Shown here: in pieces, positions 24,380 through 31,698 of the stretch
Position numbering within the stretch: the stretch's first letter is position 1
Layout of the letters: every line of letters begins with the position of its first letter
Source of the DNA: a virus
IMG/VR virus record: IMGVR_UViG_3300033273_000066
Coordinates: 1-36,109 of that record
Length of the DNA stretch: 36,109 nt
Strand: one strand, 5' to 3'
Made by a program: the position numbers and the translations under genes
The notes under the pieces: generated by a model
Told to the model about the DNA's origin: nothing
Seen by the model: only the letters and a program-made list of their open reading frames with translations
Database searches by the model: none

Positions 24380-24591
24380 TGAATGAACTAATACCTGACA
24401 AAGAGACGTACCAGACAAACAAGCGCCGCATGACGTGGGCTTGCTTGGCCATGATGATTATCTCTACATTCGCAGTAATCTTTGACCCTGCGCGCATGAA
24501 CGAAGCCAGCGCAGTGTTGATGATGATGTACGGATCGCTGTCCGCAGTGGTCGGTGCCTACTTTGGTTTTTCAGCGGGAGCTAAGAAATGA
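24379..24591 (+). CDS. Holin candidate, two TM segments (70 aa)
   Basis: TAATG overlap with the upstream gene and ATGA overlap with the endolysin gene. TM1 is WACLAMMIISTFAVIF and TM2 is AVLMMMYGSLSAVVGAYFGF. Confidence 0.6.
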   Translation: MNELIPDKETYQTNKRRMTWACLAMMIISTFAVIFDPARMNEASAVLMMMYGSLSAVVGAYFGFSAGAKK

Positions 24592-25022
24592 GACACATTG
24601 ACGAAATAATCGTGCACTGCACGGCGACAAACAGGAACTGGTTCATCGATCGCGATGCGCGCGAAGTGGTAGAAGAGGTTCGCCGCTGGCACAAAGAAGA
24701 GCGCGGATGGTCAGACATAGGTTACCATTTTTTGATCCATCGTAGTGGACAGATTGCTGCAGGCCGCCCGATCACACGCAACGGTGCGCACACACGCGGA
24801 CACAATAAGGGCACAATCGGGATCGCACTTGTGGGCGGACGCGGCGGTGCGGCGGATGACGACTTCCTAGACAACTTTACGCCAGAGCAACATCGCGAGC
24901 TGCACGCGCTGATCGATAGCCTGAAAGAAGAGTTTCCAACGATCAGCACCGTGTCAGGTCACAATGATTACGCCTCTAAGGCGTGCCCATGCTTTGACGT
25001 AGGGCAATGGCTAAGCGAGTAA
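24588..25022 (+). CDS. Endolysin, N-acetylmuramoyl-L-alanine amidase (Amidase_2 / T7-lysozyme-like)
   Basis: Contains IIVHCTAT, WSDIGYHFLI, GAHTRGHN and SGHNDYASKACPCF, which supply the His/His/Cys zinc ligands. Confidence 0.9.
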   Translation: MRHIDEIIVHCTATNRNWFIDRDAREVVEEVRRWHKEERGWSDIGYHFLIHRSGQIAAGRPITRNGAHTRGHNKGTIGIALVGGRGGAADDDFLDNFTPEQHRELHALIDSLKEEFPTISTVSGHNDYASKACPCFDVGQWLSE

Positions 25023-25393
25023 TCATCATATGCCTGCCACTCTTACTTGGGGGCTGCTTGGGATTGCCATCTTTCTTGGCGCCGTCTGGTGGGGTGAGCG
25101 TGACACCGATTGGTACAAACATCGCCCGCGAGGTGGAACAAACAGCCGTGAAGCAAGAGACGACGACTTCCGCTGGGCGAGACGTCGTGCAAACGGAGAC
25201 GATCAAAGAGGTTGAGTTGGGGCCAGCCGAGACGGTAACGGTCAACAATCAGGACACGCCAATGTGGCTAATCTTGGTTGCGTTGCTGGGCTGGTTACTG
25301 CCCACGCCTAGCCAGATGGGAATTGCTATCTGGAATGCGTTTTTGGTGTTGACCATGCCGCTGACTAAATTAAAAAGACGTAGCGGAGAGTAA
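25007..25393 (+). CDS. Unimolecular spanin candidate (lipoprotein with a C-terminal TM domain, 128 aa)
   Basis: N-terminal signal with the lipobox LLGGC, and a C-terminal TM segment WLILVALLGWLLP...IAIWNAFLVL. The start lies inside the endolysin gene end. Confidence 0.6.
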   Translation: MAKRVIIICLPLLLGGCLGLPSFLAPSGGVSVTPIGTNIAREVEQTAVKQETTTSAGRDVVQTETIKEVELGPAETVTVNNQDTPMWLILVALLGWLLPTPSQMGIAIWNAFLVLTMPLTKLKRRSGE

Positions 25394-25452
25394 ATCAACG
25401 TGCCGCGTCCACTACCACGGGCGGTTTTGTTGGTCCCCAGTATAGTCCGACG

Positions 25453-25827
25453 CTATTTCTGGCTCTCCGCACGATCCTCCTCATCATGTAGCACGCGGTG
25501 GCAATTTGCACATAGGACGATACATCTTTCTAATGCTTCTTTCTTTGCCGCGCCAAACCGGCCGTTGCGCACTAAGTCTGTGACCCTCTGATTGTCCGGA
25601 CTTTTTAGGACGTGATGGAAATCGATCGCCGCTGGGTGCGAGTACCCGCACTTGACGCAGGCCAGAGTTGCTTTCCATTCTCTATATTCTTTCCGCATCT
25701 TTCTGCGGTAGCTATTGATTCTGTCTTGAATTTTCCTTTTGTTCTTCTGGTAATATCTTTTGCGATACTCGCGATTATACGCCTTCTGGCGCTCCTTGTC
25801 TGCGTAGGGAATGGCTACGTCCTCCAT
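25453..25827 (-). CDS. HNH endonuclease (124 aa), free-standing
   Basis: Contains CVKCGYSHPAAIDFHH...CIVLCANCHRVLH (CxxC...H...CxxCH HNH core), with a Lys/Arg/Tyr-rich N-terminus. Confidence 0.8.
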   Translation of the reverse strand: MEDVAIPYADKERQKAYNREYRKRYYQKNKRKIQDRINSYRRKMRKEYREWKATLACVKCGYSHPAAIDFHHVLKSPDNQRVTDLVRNGRFGAAKKEALERCIVLCANCHRVLHDEEDRAESQK

Positions 25828-25851
25828 AAAAAAAGGCTCCCATAGGAGCCT
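25827..25851 (-). terminator. Rho-independent terminator (minus strand)
   Basis: AGGCTCC-CATA-GGAGCCT hairpin followed on the minus strand by T7. Lies between the HTH gene stop and the HNH start. Confidence 0.7.
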
Positions 25852-25855
25852 TATA

Positions 25856-26146
25856 TCATATTTTATGTTTGGATCGAAACTCGTATAACCGCTGTCGCGT
25901 TATATCCAACCTTCGCGCTATCTGGTCGTTTGTGTATCCCTTCGCCGCCATCTCTTTAATAATCTGGTAATGGCGTTCGTTGCGCCTGCGTCCGCCCTTC
26001 TGACCGGCTTCGCGTTGCGCGTTGGTCATGTTTACCTTTTTCTGCAGGATCTTGTTTTCGATCGCGCATACTGCGTGAATGTGGTGCAGGCACTTGAACC
26101 AGCGTTCCTCTGTGGGCACCATATTTTTTGGCCAAGTAAAGCTCAT
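25856..26146 (-). CDS. HTH DNA-binding protein (96 aa; sigma-70 region 4 / LuxR-type helix-turn-helix)
   Basis: C-terminal GYTNDQIARRLDITRQRLYEFRSK. Confidence 0.55.
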   Translation of the reverse strand: MSFTWPKNMVPTEERWFKCLHHIHAVCAIENKILQKKVNMTNAQREAGQKGGRRRNERHYQIIKEMAAKGYTNDQIARRLDITRQRLYEFRSKHKI

Positions 26147-26218
26147 TACATCACCATCATTTCAAACATGCGTGCCACTGATGCGCCTCCTAAGGCGAAC
26201 AGCACGATTATTGCTACA

Positions 26219-26461
26219 TCAGACTTTGACATTGATACCCATCACTTTCTGCAGATCACGAAGCTCTGCGCGGTCGTCTGATAACAACGCCATCTCAACG
26301 CCAATGTCTGCGCTGACGCTGCCACTGCGAACGCCTTTGATATCGTTAAGGCGATCGATCTTGATAAGGCGCTTCTTGATGCGATCAACCAGTTGATCCA
26401 TGCGCTCTTGCGGTGTGATTTCGTATTCACCTGTCATCTCATTATATGTCAAAACGGACAC
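26219..26461 (-). CDS. Hypothetical coiled-coil protein (about 77-80 aa; start uncertain, GTG 26461 or TTG 26452)
   Basis: GAGGAG lies 8 nt upstream of the TTG at 26452, which overlaps the TGA of an upstream 31-codon micro-ORF (26449..26544). Confidence 0.5.
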   Translation of the reverse strand: MSVLTYNEMTGEYEITPQERMDQLVDRIKKRLIKIDRLNDIKGVRSGSVSADIGVEMALLSDDRAELRDLQKVMGINVKV

Positions 26462-26546
26462 TCCTCTTCTGGGTTAGTAGGGCGCCACACAACATCTACG
26501 TTGTGCAGCGCTTTGATAAAATCGACTAAGTTACGCGGCCACATGG

Positions 26547-26858
26547 TTATGCGTAGCGTGCAAAAAACTCGGCCTCGGTGATGCTGTTGCCGTAAGGCAT
26601 GACCACCTCAACATTACGACCCTCAAGGGCTTTCATGATGCGACGCAGGCGCTTAAATCCTGCTTCATTCTTGGTGTTTCCCTCTTTAGGCGTAAAGTTG
26701 ATAGTCATGCATGGGTGGGCGCGAACGCTTTTAGGCAGACTGCCAATATCAAAGTTTTCTGCAAAGAGAATTTGTACAGCGACATATTCGGTATGGTGAG
26801 GTTGTGATGGCCCAATGTAACCGAATAGGGTGGTGTTAGTGTTATCTCCAGCAATCAT
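26547..26858 (-). CDS. Hypothetical early protein (103 aa)
   Basis: AAAGGAGAG lies upstream of the ATG at 26858. It is the first gene after promoter P_D. Confidence 0.6.
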   Translation of the reverse strand: MIAGDNTNTTLFGYIGPSQPHHTEYVAVQILFAENFDIGSLPKSVRAHPCMTINFTPKEGNTKNEAGFKRLRRIMKALEGRNVEVVMPYGNSITEAEFFARYA

Positions 26859-26889
26859 TTTTTCTCTCCTTTGATTCTGTTTATACCTA

Positions 26890-26918
26890 CTGTTAACACG
26901 CTGTTAACACATATGCAA
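26890..26918 (-). promoter_or_regulatory. Sigma70-like promoter P_D: TTGCAT-N17-TAACAG with extended -10 TG
   Basis: -35 is at 26918..26913 and -10 at 26895..26890. Two perfect TGTTAACA copies (26891..26898 and 26902..26909), 11 bp apart, occupy the -10 and the spacer. Confidence 0.65.
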
Positions 26919-26919
26919 G

Positions 26920-26948
26920 AAAAAAAGCCCCACGCCGAAGCGCAGGGC
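26920..26948 (-). terminator. Strand-specific intrinsic terminator ending the late operon
   Basis: The minus-strand RNA GCCCUGCGC-UUCG-GCGUGGGGC-U7 forms a 9-bp stem including two G-U pairs. On the plus strand the same positions are C-A mismatches and no T tract follows. Confidence 0.7.
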
Positions 26949-27031
26949 CAGTACAGAGAGAGGTGAATGCTTTGGACATGGGTTGGGCATTCACGAAAAC
27001 CCTACATAAATGGCGTTTGCTTTACAATACC

Positions 27032-27060
27032 TTGGCGTGTAAAAGTTAACTACATATTAA
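27032..27060 (+). promoter_or_regulatory. Sigma70-like promoter P_F: TTGGCG-N17-TATTAA
   Basis: It has the same -35 hexamer as P_E. The spacer and -10 hold degenerate AGTTAACT and TATTAACG, 11 bp apart. GGAGG and the ATG at 27073 follow. Confidence 0.5.
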
Positions 27061-27072
27061 CGGAGGACCAAC

Positions 27073-27255
27073 ATGCTTACCGACGAACAAAAAGAAATCG
27101 TACGCAGCTTAAACCAGCCGCACCGCTTCCAGAACGTATTCGCGCTATTTAAGATTTGCGAGAAAGCGGCGACACTGATCCAAGACCAAGCCGCCGAAAT
27201 CGATGAACTGAAAAAAGAAAAGCCCGCGCCCAAGAAGCGCGCAGCTAAGTCTTAA
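27073..27255 (+). CDS. Small protein (60 aa) convergent with the end of the late operon
   Basis: GGAGG lies 6 nt upstream of the ATG. Sequence: MLTDEQKEIVRSLNQPHRFQNVFALFKICEKAATLIQDQAAEIDELKKEKPAPKKRAAKS. Its 3' end overlaps the 649-aa gene by 4 nt. Confidence 0.5.
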   Translation: MLTDEQKEIVRSLNQPHRFQNVFALFKICEKAATLIQDQAAEIDELKKEKPAPKKRAAKS

Positions 27256-29201
27256 TACTCGTCAGTCTTAAGGCCGACTGCCGCGCCAAGGATGCCGCCG
27301 TACAACTCAGGCCGTAGGGCAATGTTGCGGCGCATCATGGCGTCTTGCATTTGACGCCCGCTCAAACGCTGCATCGCACGTTGCTGTGCCTGCGGCGTTC
27401 TGGCAAACAACATCTCAGACATCTGCTCAGCTACCGGTGCGCCGATACCTTGCATGCGTGACGACAGTGCGCCCGCCGCCTGACGTACCACTTCGCCGCG
27501 TCCGCCGGTGAATAGCTGCAACATTGTTGCTGGGTCGACGCCCTGCTCCGCCATCTCTTGGATGTTGCGCTGCGTGTCAGATCCGCCAAGAACGCGACGC
27601 TGCGTGCGCTGGATGGCCGCCTCTGCGCGCATGTACTCTTCGAACTGGTCGAACGACGCCTCGTCTGGGAACGCCTTGCGTAGCGCCTCACGACGCTTTG
27701 GCGATCCAAACAAACGCTGCACGTAGTCTGTGCGATCAGATCCAGACGTAATGTTGCGGATCTTTGTGATCATGCCGACCTTCATCGCTTCGACTTCGTC
27801 TGGCTTCATCTTCGCAATTTTACGCGCAAACTCTTGCTCGCTCAGTTTCTCGAAGCTGTCGCCCACGTCGAACGCGCGGCGCATGTCAGAGTAGTCTGCG
27901 AACTGCGCGTCTGCCTTCTTGAACGCTTCGTTTAGTTCACCGATCTCAGCTTTGAACTGGTTGCGCACTGTAAGTACGTCACGCGCTGTGTCGTTCAGCT
28001 TGCCGGTAACTGTGTCTGTGTTGGCGTTGATGACGCGATCCAGACCCTGCGCAATCTTCTGCAGGTATGACGTCGGAACCATGTCGCCTTCTAGCGTTGT
28101 CGCTAGGTCGGCCAACGGCTCTTCGCCAAGTGTATCTGCGCGGCTTTGTACAGCCTTGAAAGCGTCCTTGAACACCTTGCGCTCTGCAAATTTGCGGAAC
28201 GGCTCCGCAGGAATGTCGATATCCGCCGCATCGTATAGCGGTTTAAACTTGGCCGCTTGGCTTTCGTACAGCTCTTCCAAGAAGTCCAAGCCATACGCGC
28301 CAGACGCGTCCATCTTTTCTGCGGTAACGTCTGCAATGCGTCCGCCTTGCTCAACGCTGCGCTCCATCAAGGATTCAAGCACACCCGTGCGTGCCGCTGA
28401 TGGCACTGCCTGCGCCGCATACGCCGCCCCACGGGTCGCTTCACCGATGTCCGCTGGCATCATAGGTGCGCCAGCCGCTTGCGCTGCCTGTAGGCGCTCC
28501 AGTGCGCTCTCAGGCGTTAAACCTTCACGCTCTAACGCTTTACCTACGCGGCGCTCTGCAAGTTTTGCCGCACGCTGTGGGCCGCTCAAACCGAGCCCGT
28601 CTAATGCACGCGCACCAACGTCAGCTCCGGCTGCAACTGCGAACGGCGCCGCTGCGCCTAGCGTGCCGCCAACTGCGCCGCCCATGGCTGCGCTCTCTAG
28701 TCGACTACCAAGTCCACCTTCGCCTGCACCAAACCCAGCCACAGCGCCCTCTGCGGCGCCGTATTTAGCGCCCTGCAGTGCGGTACGGCCTAAGCCGCCA
28801 GCCTTGGCGCCTGCCAACGCTCCGCGCGCCACAAGGCCCGCTGGAACAAGTGATGGAAGTATTGCGCCGCCAACCTCAAGGCCAGTGGCCAGAGCTGGAC
28901 GTGCACGAGCGAAAGTCTTGATGTCGCCGCGGATCTCTTTGAGCAGAGCGTCACGGTCTTCGCCGGTGAATGTTGACCTGATGTAAGCCTCGGCCTCGTC
29001 ACCAAAGCCTAGCGTAATGCCCTGCGCCAGCGTGCGAAGTGCACCGCTGCCAGTGGCTTTTGCGGCTTTGGGCTTCTTGGCTGTCTTAGCTTTTTCTGCC
29101 TGCATTCGCTGCACTTCGGCCAGTAGAACGCGTGCGTCGTCTTCGTTGCCAGCGGCGTCTGCCGCTTCTGCAGCTTTGATCAGGGCTTCAATGGTTGCCA
29201 T
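27252..29201 (-). CDS. Putative internal virion / ejection protein (649 aa)
   Basis: Last gene of the late operon. It has a long Gly/Ala-rich hydrophobic region (GLEVGGAILPSLVPAGLVARGALAGAKAGG...) followed by a helical domain, resembling podovirus ejection proteins. Confidence 0.45.
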   Translation of the reverse strand: MATIEALIKAAEAADAAGNEDDARVLLAEVQRMQAEKAKTAKKPKAAKATGSGALRTLAQGITLGFGDEAEAYIRSTFTGEDRDALLKEIRGDIKTFARARPALATGLEVGGAILPSLVPAGLVARGALAGAKAGGLGRTALQGAKYGAAEGAVAGFGAGEGGLGSRLESAAMGGAVGGTLGAAAPFAVAAGADVGARALDGLGLSGPQRAAKLAERRVGKALEREGLTPESALERLQAAQAAGAPMMPADIGEATRGAAYAAQAVPSAARTGVLESLMERSVEQGGRIADVTAEKMDASGAYGLDFLEELYESQAAKFKPLYDAADIDIPAEPFRKFAERKVFKDAFKAVQSRADTLGEEPLADLATTLEGDMVPTSYLQKIAQGLDRVINANTDTVTGKLNDTARDVLTVRNQFKAEIGELNEAFKKADAQFADYSDMRRAFDVGDSFEKLSEQEFARKIAKMKPDEVEAMKVGMITKIRNITSGSDRTDYVQRLFGSPKRREALRKAFPDEASFDQFEEYMRAEAAIQRTQRRVLGGSDTQRNIQEMAEQGVDPATMLQLFTGGRGEVVRQAAGALSSRMQGIGAPVAEQMSEMLFARTPQAQQRAMQRLSGRQMQDAMMRRNIALRPELYGGILGAAVGLKTDEY

Positions 29202-29202
29202 A

Positions 29203-30384
29203 TTACGTATCCAAGTTGTACTTTTTCAGTAGTTCATCCACGCGGTCTTGTGGTGCAAGCTCTTGCTCAAGAGCGGTGATTGTCTCGCCCAGCTTACCAT
29301 ATAGTCGGAAAATGTTTTCGGCTGTCTGCACCGGCATTTCGACTGGGTCGATGACGCCGCTCAACTGGCCAAGCAAGCGGATGTCACTGTCAGACAAGAT
29401 GCCTAGCTTCGCGCCTGCAGCAATTACTTCCGCCATGTTTTGGAATGTCATTATAGCACCAAGCTGATTTGCCGCCGCTTGGAATTCCTTAAAGCGACGA
29501 CTGTCAGGCACAAAGCCTTGGCGCGTAATAAAGAAGCTGCTTGGATCTAACTGCGCCTCGCCAGACATCATCGCCGCCAACTGCGCGTCTAGCTCTTCGC
29601 CTTCCAATCCCAGCGATGCGCCTAGCGCGTCACGCGCTGCGCCCATAGCCGTCTTGGCTTCCATCAACTTGCCCTCAGACACCGTGCGCTTTTCAGTTGC
29701 CGCAGCCTCTTTGGCGCGGGCATCTTCTAGCTGTGTGCGCAAGATATCCATGCGAGTGTTAAATGCGTCTAACTGATCCAAGCCGGCATACACGCCCATC
29801 TGGCCAGCAAGCTGCGCAATTTGCTGCTCGATCTCCGCGGCAGTCATGTCGCCTGTGCCAGTAGAAACCTTTGTCGGCATCACAGATGCGCCGGTCAGCA
29901 ACGCCATCAACTGTTCGCGGCGGGCAGTCTCAGTGTCTAAAGCGATCTGCGCCTGACGCTCTTTGCGCGCCTGATCTGCGCGCTTTGTAAAGTCGCCAAG
30001 TAATGTGGCAACTTTTGTGCCCTCTTTACCCTGCAGCGCCATACCTGCGTCTGCGATCGCGGCAAATGCAAGCATACGCTTCTGCGTTTTTGTCAGTGCA
30101 CCGTATGGATCTGATGGCTGCTCTGCCGCGGCTAGTAAGTTTTTCGCAGGAGCTGCTACCGCAGGCGCCGGTGTGATCGCTGCAGTTGTCCCGATGACTT
30201 GCTGATCTACTGGTACGTCTGGGGGTAGAATTGCGTCTGGATCATATGGCAGGTCAACGGTGCCTTCGGTAAAACCGTCTGGACGTGTTGGCCGACCGCG
30301 GAACGATGGGCCCATTGTAGGCGTTGGAGCGATGATTTGCTCTTCCTGCATCTTTTTAAGGAGCGCTGCTACTTCTGGTGTCAT
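29203..30384 (-). CDS. Putative internal virion protein, coiled-coil (393 aa)
   Basis: Ala/Gln/Glu-rich helical protein within the ejection-protein block. Confidence 0.4.
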   Translation of the reverse strand: MTPEVAALLKKMQEEQIIAPTPTMGPSFRGRPTRPDGFTEGTVDLPYDPDAILPPDVPVDQQVIGTTAAITPAPAVAAPAKNLLAAAEQPSDPYGALTKTQKRMLAFAAIADAGMALQGKEGTKVATLLGDFTKRADQARKERQAQIALDTETARREQLMALLTGASVMPTKVSTGTGDMTAAEIEQQIAQLAGQMGVYAGLDQLDAFNTRMDILRTQLEDARAKEAAATEKRTVSEGKLMEAKTAMGAARDALGASLGLEGEELDAQLAAMMSGEAQLDPSSFFITRQGFVPDSRRFKEFQAAANQLGAIMTFQNMAEVIAAGAKLGILSDSDIRLLGQLSGVIDPVEMPVQTAENIFRLYGKLGETITALEQELAPQDRVDELLKKYNLDT

Positions 30385-30393
30385 AACTTTCTC

Positions 30394-31236
30394 CTATTTT
30401 CCAAAACCAAAGCCAGTGCCAAGGTTGCCGAAGCCAGTCAGCAACTTGCCGAAGCTGCCCATTGGATCGCGTGATGTTCCTGTTGTCGTTCCGATGCCCG
30501 CTGGGAACGATGCAGATCCACCTGTCAGCGCTGCAAACTTTGTCAGCGGATACTGGTTTTCCATGAGGTAGGCTTCGTACGCCTTGTCTAGTTCGTCTTG
30601 GCTAATCGCGCGCTCAGCTTCACCGGCTGCCATCGCAGAACCTAAGCGGCTCAACTCAGTGCTGAAGATATTCCCGCCAAGGCCAGCAAGTGCGCCTGCA
30701 GCGCCTGTGCGTAGACCCATCTCTTGCCCAAAGCGGCGATCGGCGGCGCCATATGCGTCGCGGGCGATGCTTGCCTCTAGGTTTGCCATTTCGATGTCGC
30801 GCGCAACGTCACGCTCAGCTTCGTAAACGCCGCGACGGCCAGCGCCGAATGCGCCGCTCTTGATTAGGTCGCCCTCGATGCCAACTTGTTGCTGCATTTG
30901 CTGGCGGCGCAAGCGTGCGCGCGTTGGGTCTAGGATCGCGTCCATATACTCTTGCGCATAGCCCGACTTTGTCTCTGCAATCTCCTCTGGCGTCATCGCG
31001 GCAACACCGCGGTAAATATCGCCAGCTTCTGTGTATTCGCTTGGTAGAGCAAGTGCGCCATAACCGCTAAGCGTTTGGCGCTGCAAATCTGTCAAGCCGG
31101 CTGTGCGGCTAGCGTCGTAAGGCGAGAACGTGCCTTCTTTAATCTCGCCAGCCACTGGCATGATGTATTCAGAAATGTATTCTTTCTGGAGCGGATCCAT
31201 TTCCGATTTAGAAGTTGTTGTCGTCTTGCCGCCCAT
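30394..31236 (-). CDS. Putative internal virion protein (280 aa)
   Basis: Helical core with a Gly-rich C-terminus (GKLLTGFGNLGTGFGFGK). Position is within the ejection-protein block. Confidence 0.4.
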   Translation of the reverse strand: MGGKTTTTSKSEMDPLQKEYISEYIMPVAGEIKEGTFSPYDASRTAGLTDLQRQTLSGYGALALPSEYTEAGDIYRGVAAMTPEEIAETKSGYAQEYMDAILDPTRARLRRQQMQQQVGIEGDLIKSGAFGAGRRGVYEAERDVARDIEMANLEASIARDAYGAADRRFGQEMGLRTGAAGALAGLGGNIFSTELSRLGSAMAAGEAERAISQDELDKAYEAYLMENQYPLTKFAALTGGSASFPAGIGTTTGTSRDPMGSFGKLLTGFGNLGTGFGFGK

Positions 31237-31685
31237 TAGCTTAGCTCCATTTCATAGTGCCGATACATTTCCTTAAAACCGTTGTCCTTGGCGTATCTCG
31301 CAAATCCTATTCTACCGTCGGCCTCAATAGCCTTTAAGTCACTTTTCTTCGCTACATCTTTCAGGGCTTCAAGTGCGTAGTCCATCCAGACACTCATATC
31401 AGCACCGCCCATAAACTCGATGAAGAGCGTATGTCTTTGAGGGTGCTTCATGACGCATGTCGTAAATGCGGCAATCAACGTGTCCTGCAGGTATACAGCC
31501 CATAACAGACTGCGGCCTTCTAGCAAATCTGATACAACATCTTCCATCGAAGTGTTGCGCTCATTTTTTCGTATCGATGCTTCCAGTAAGGGTAGCGCCC
31601 TGACAACTCCGTCTTGGATATCCTTAACTTCCGGCACGATGCGGATCTTTGGCCTTTGTTGGAAGTTTACAACATTATCAGTCAA
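31236..31685 (-). CDS. Possible GNAT-fold (acetyltransferase-like) protein (149 aa) inside the virion module
   Basis: The C-terminal half (LFIEFMGGADMSVWMDYALEALKDVAKKSDLKAIEADGRIGFARYAKDNGFKEMY) resembles the beta4-alpha3...GF layout of GNAT proteins. A canonical Q/RxxGxG/A motif is not clear. Confidence 0.3.
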   Translation of the reverse strand: MTDNVVNFQQRPKIRIVPEVKDIQDGVVRALPLLEASIRKNERNTSMEDVVSDLLEGRSLLWAVYLQDTLIAAFTTCVMKHPQRHTLFIEFMGGADMSVWMDYALEALKDVAKKSDLKAIEADGRIGFARYAKDNGFKEMYRHYEMELS

Positions 31686-31698
31686 ACGTGAAGCCTCG

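Noticed and set aside
11781-26909. GTTAAC (HpaI-type site) distribution as evidence of restriction-site avoidance
   Set aside because: GTTAAC also occurs inside genes (near 987 and 12336). The striking signal is the longer TGTTAACA palindrome with fixed promoter geometry, which a regulatory role explains better.
27919-28986. 355-aa plus-strand ORF antisense to the 649-aa ejection-protein gene. Similar long antisense ORFs lie at 15141..15671, 19515..20075, 20973..21596, 16926..17501, 9194..9634 and 7952..8404.
   Set aside because: Their translations are Ala/Ser/Pro/Arg-rich low-complexity strings, typical of the reverse frame of GC-rich, Ala/Gly-rich genes. They have no SD and no room for promoters, and the sense-strand genes have clear motifs or operon coupling.
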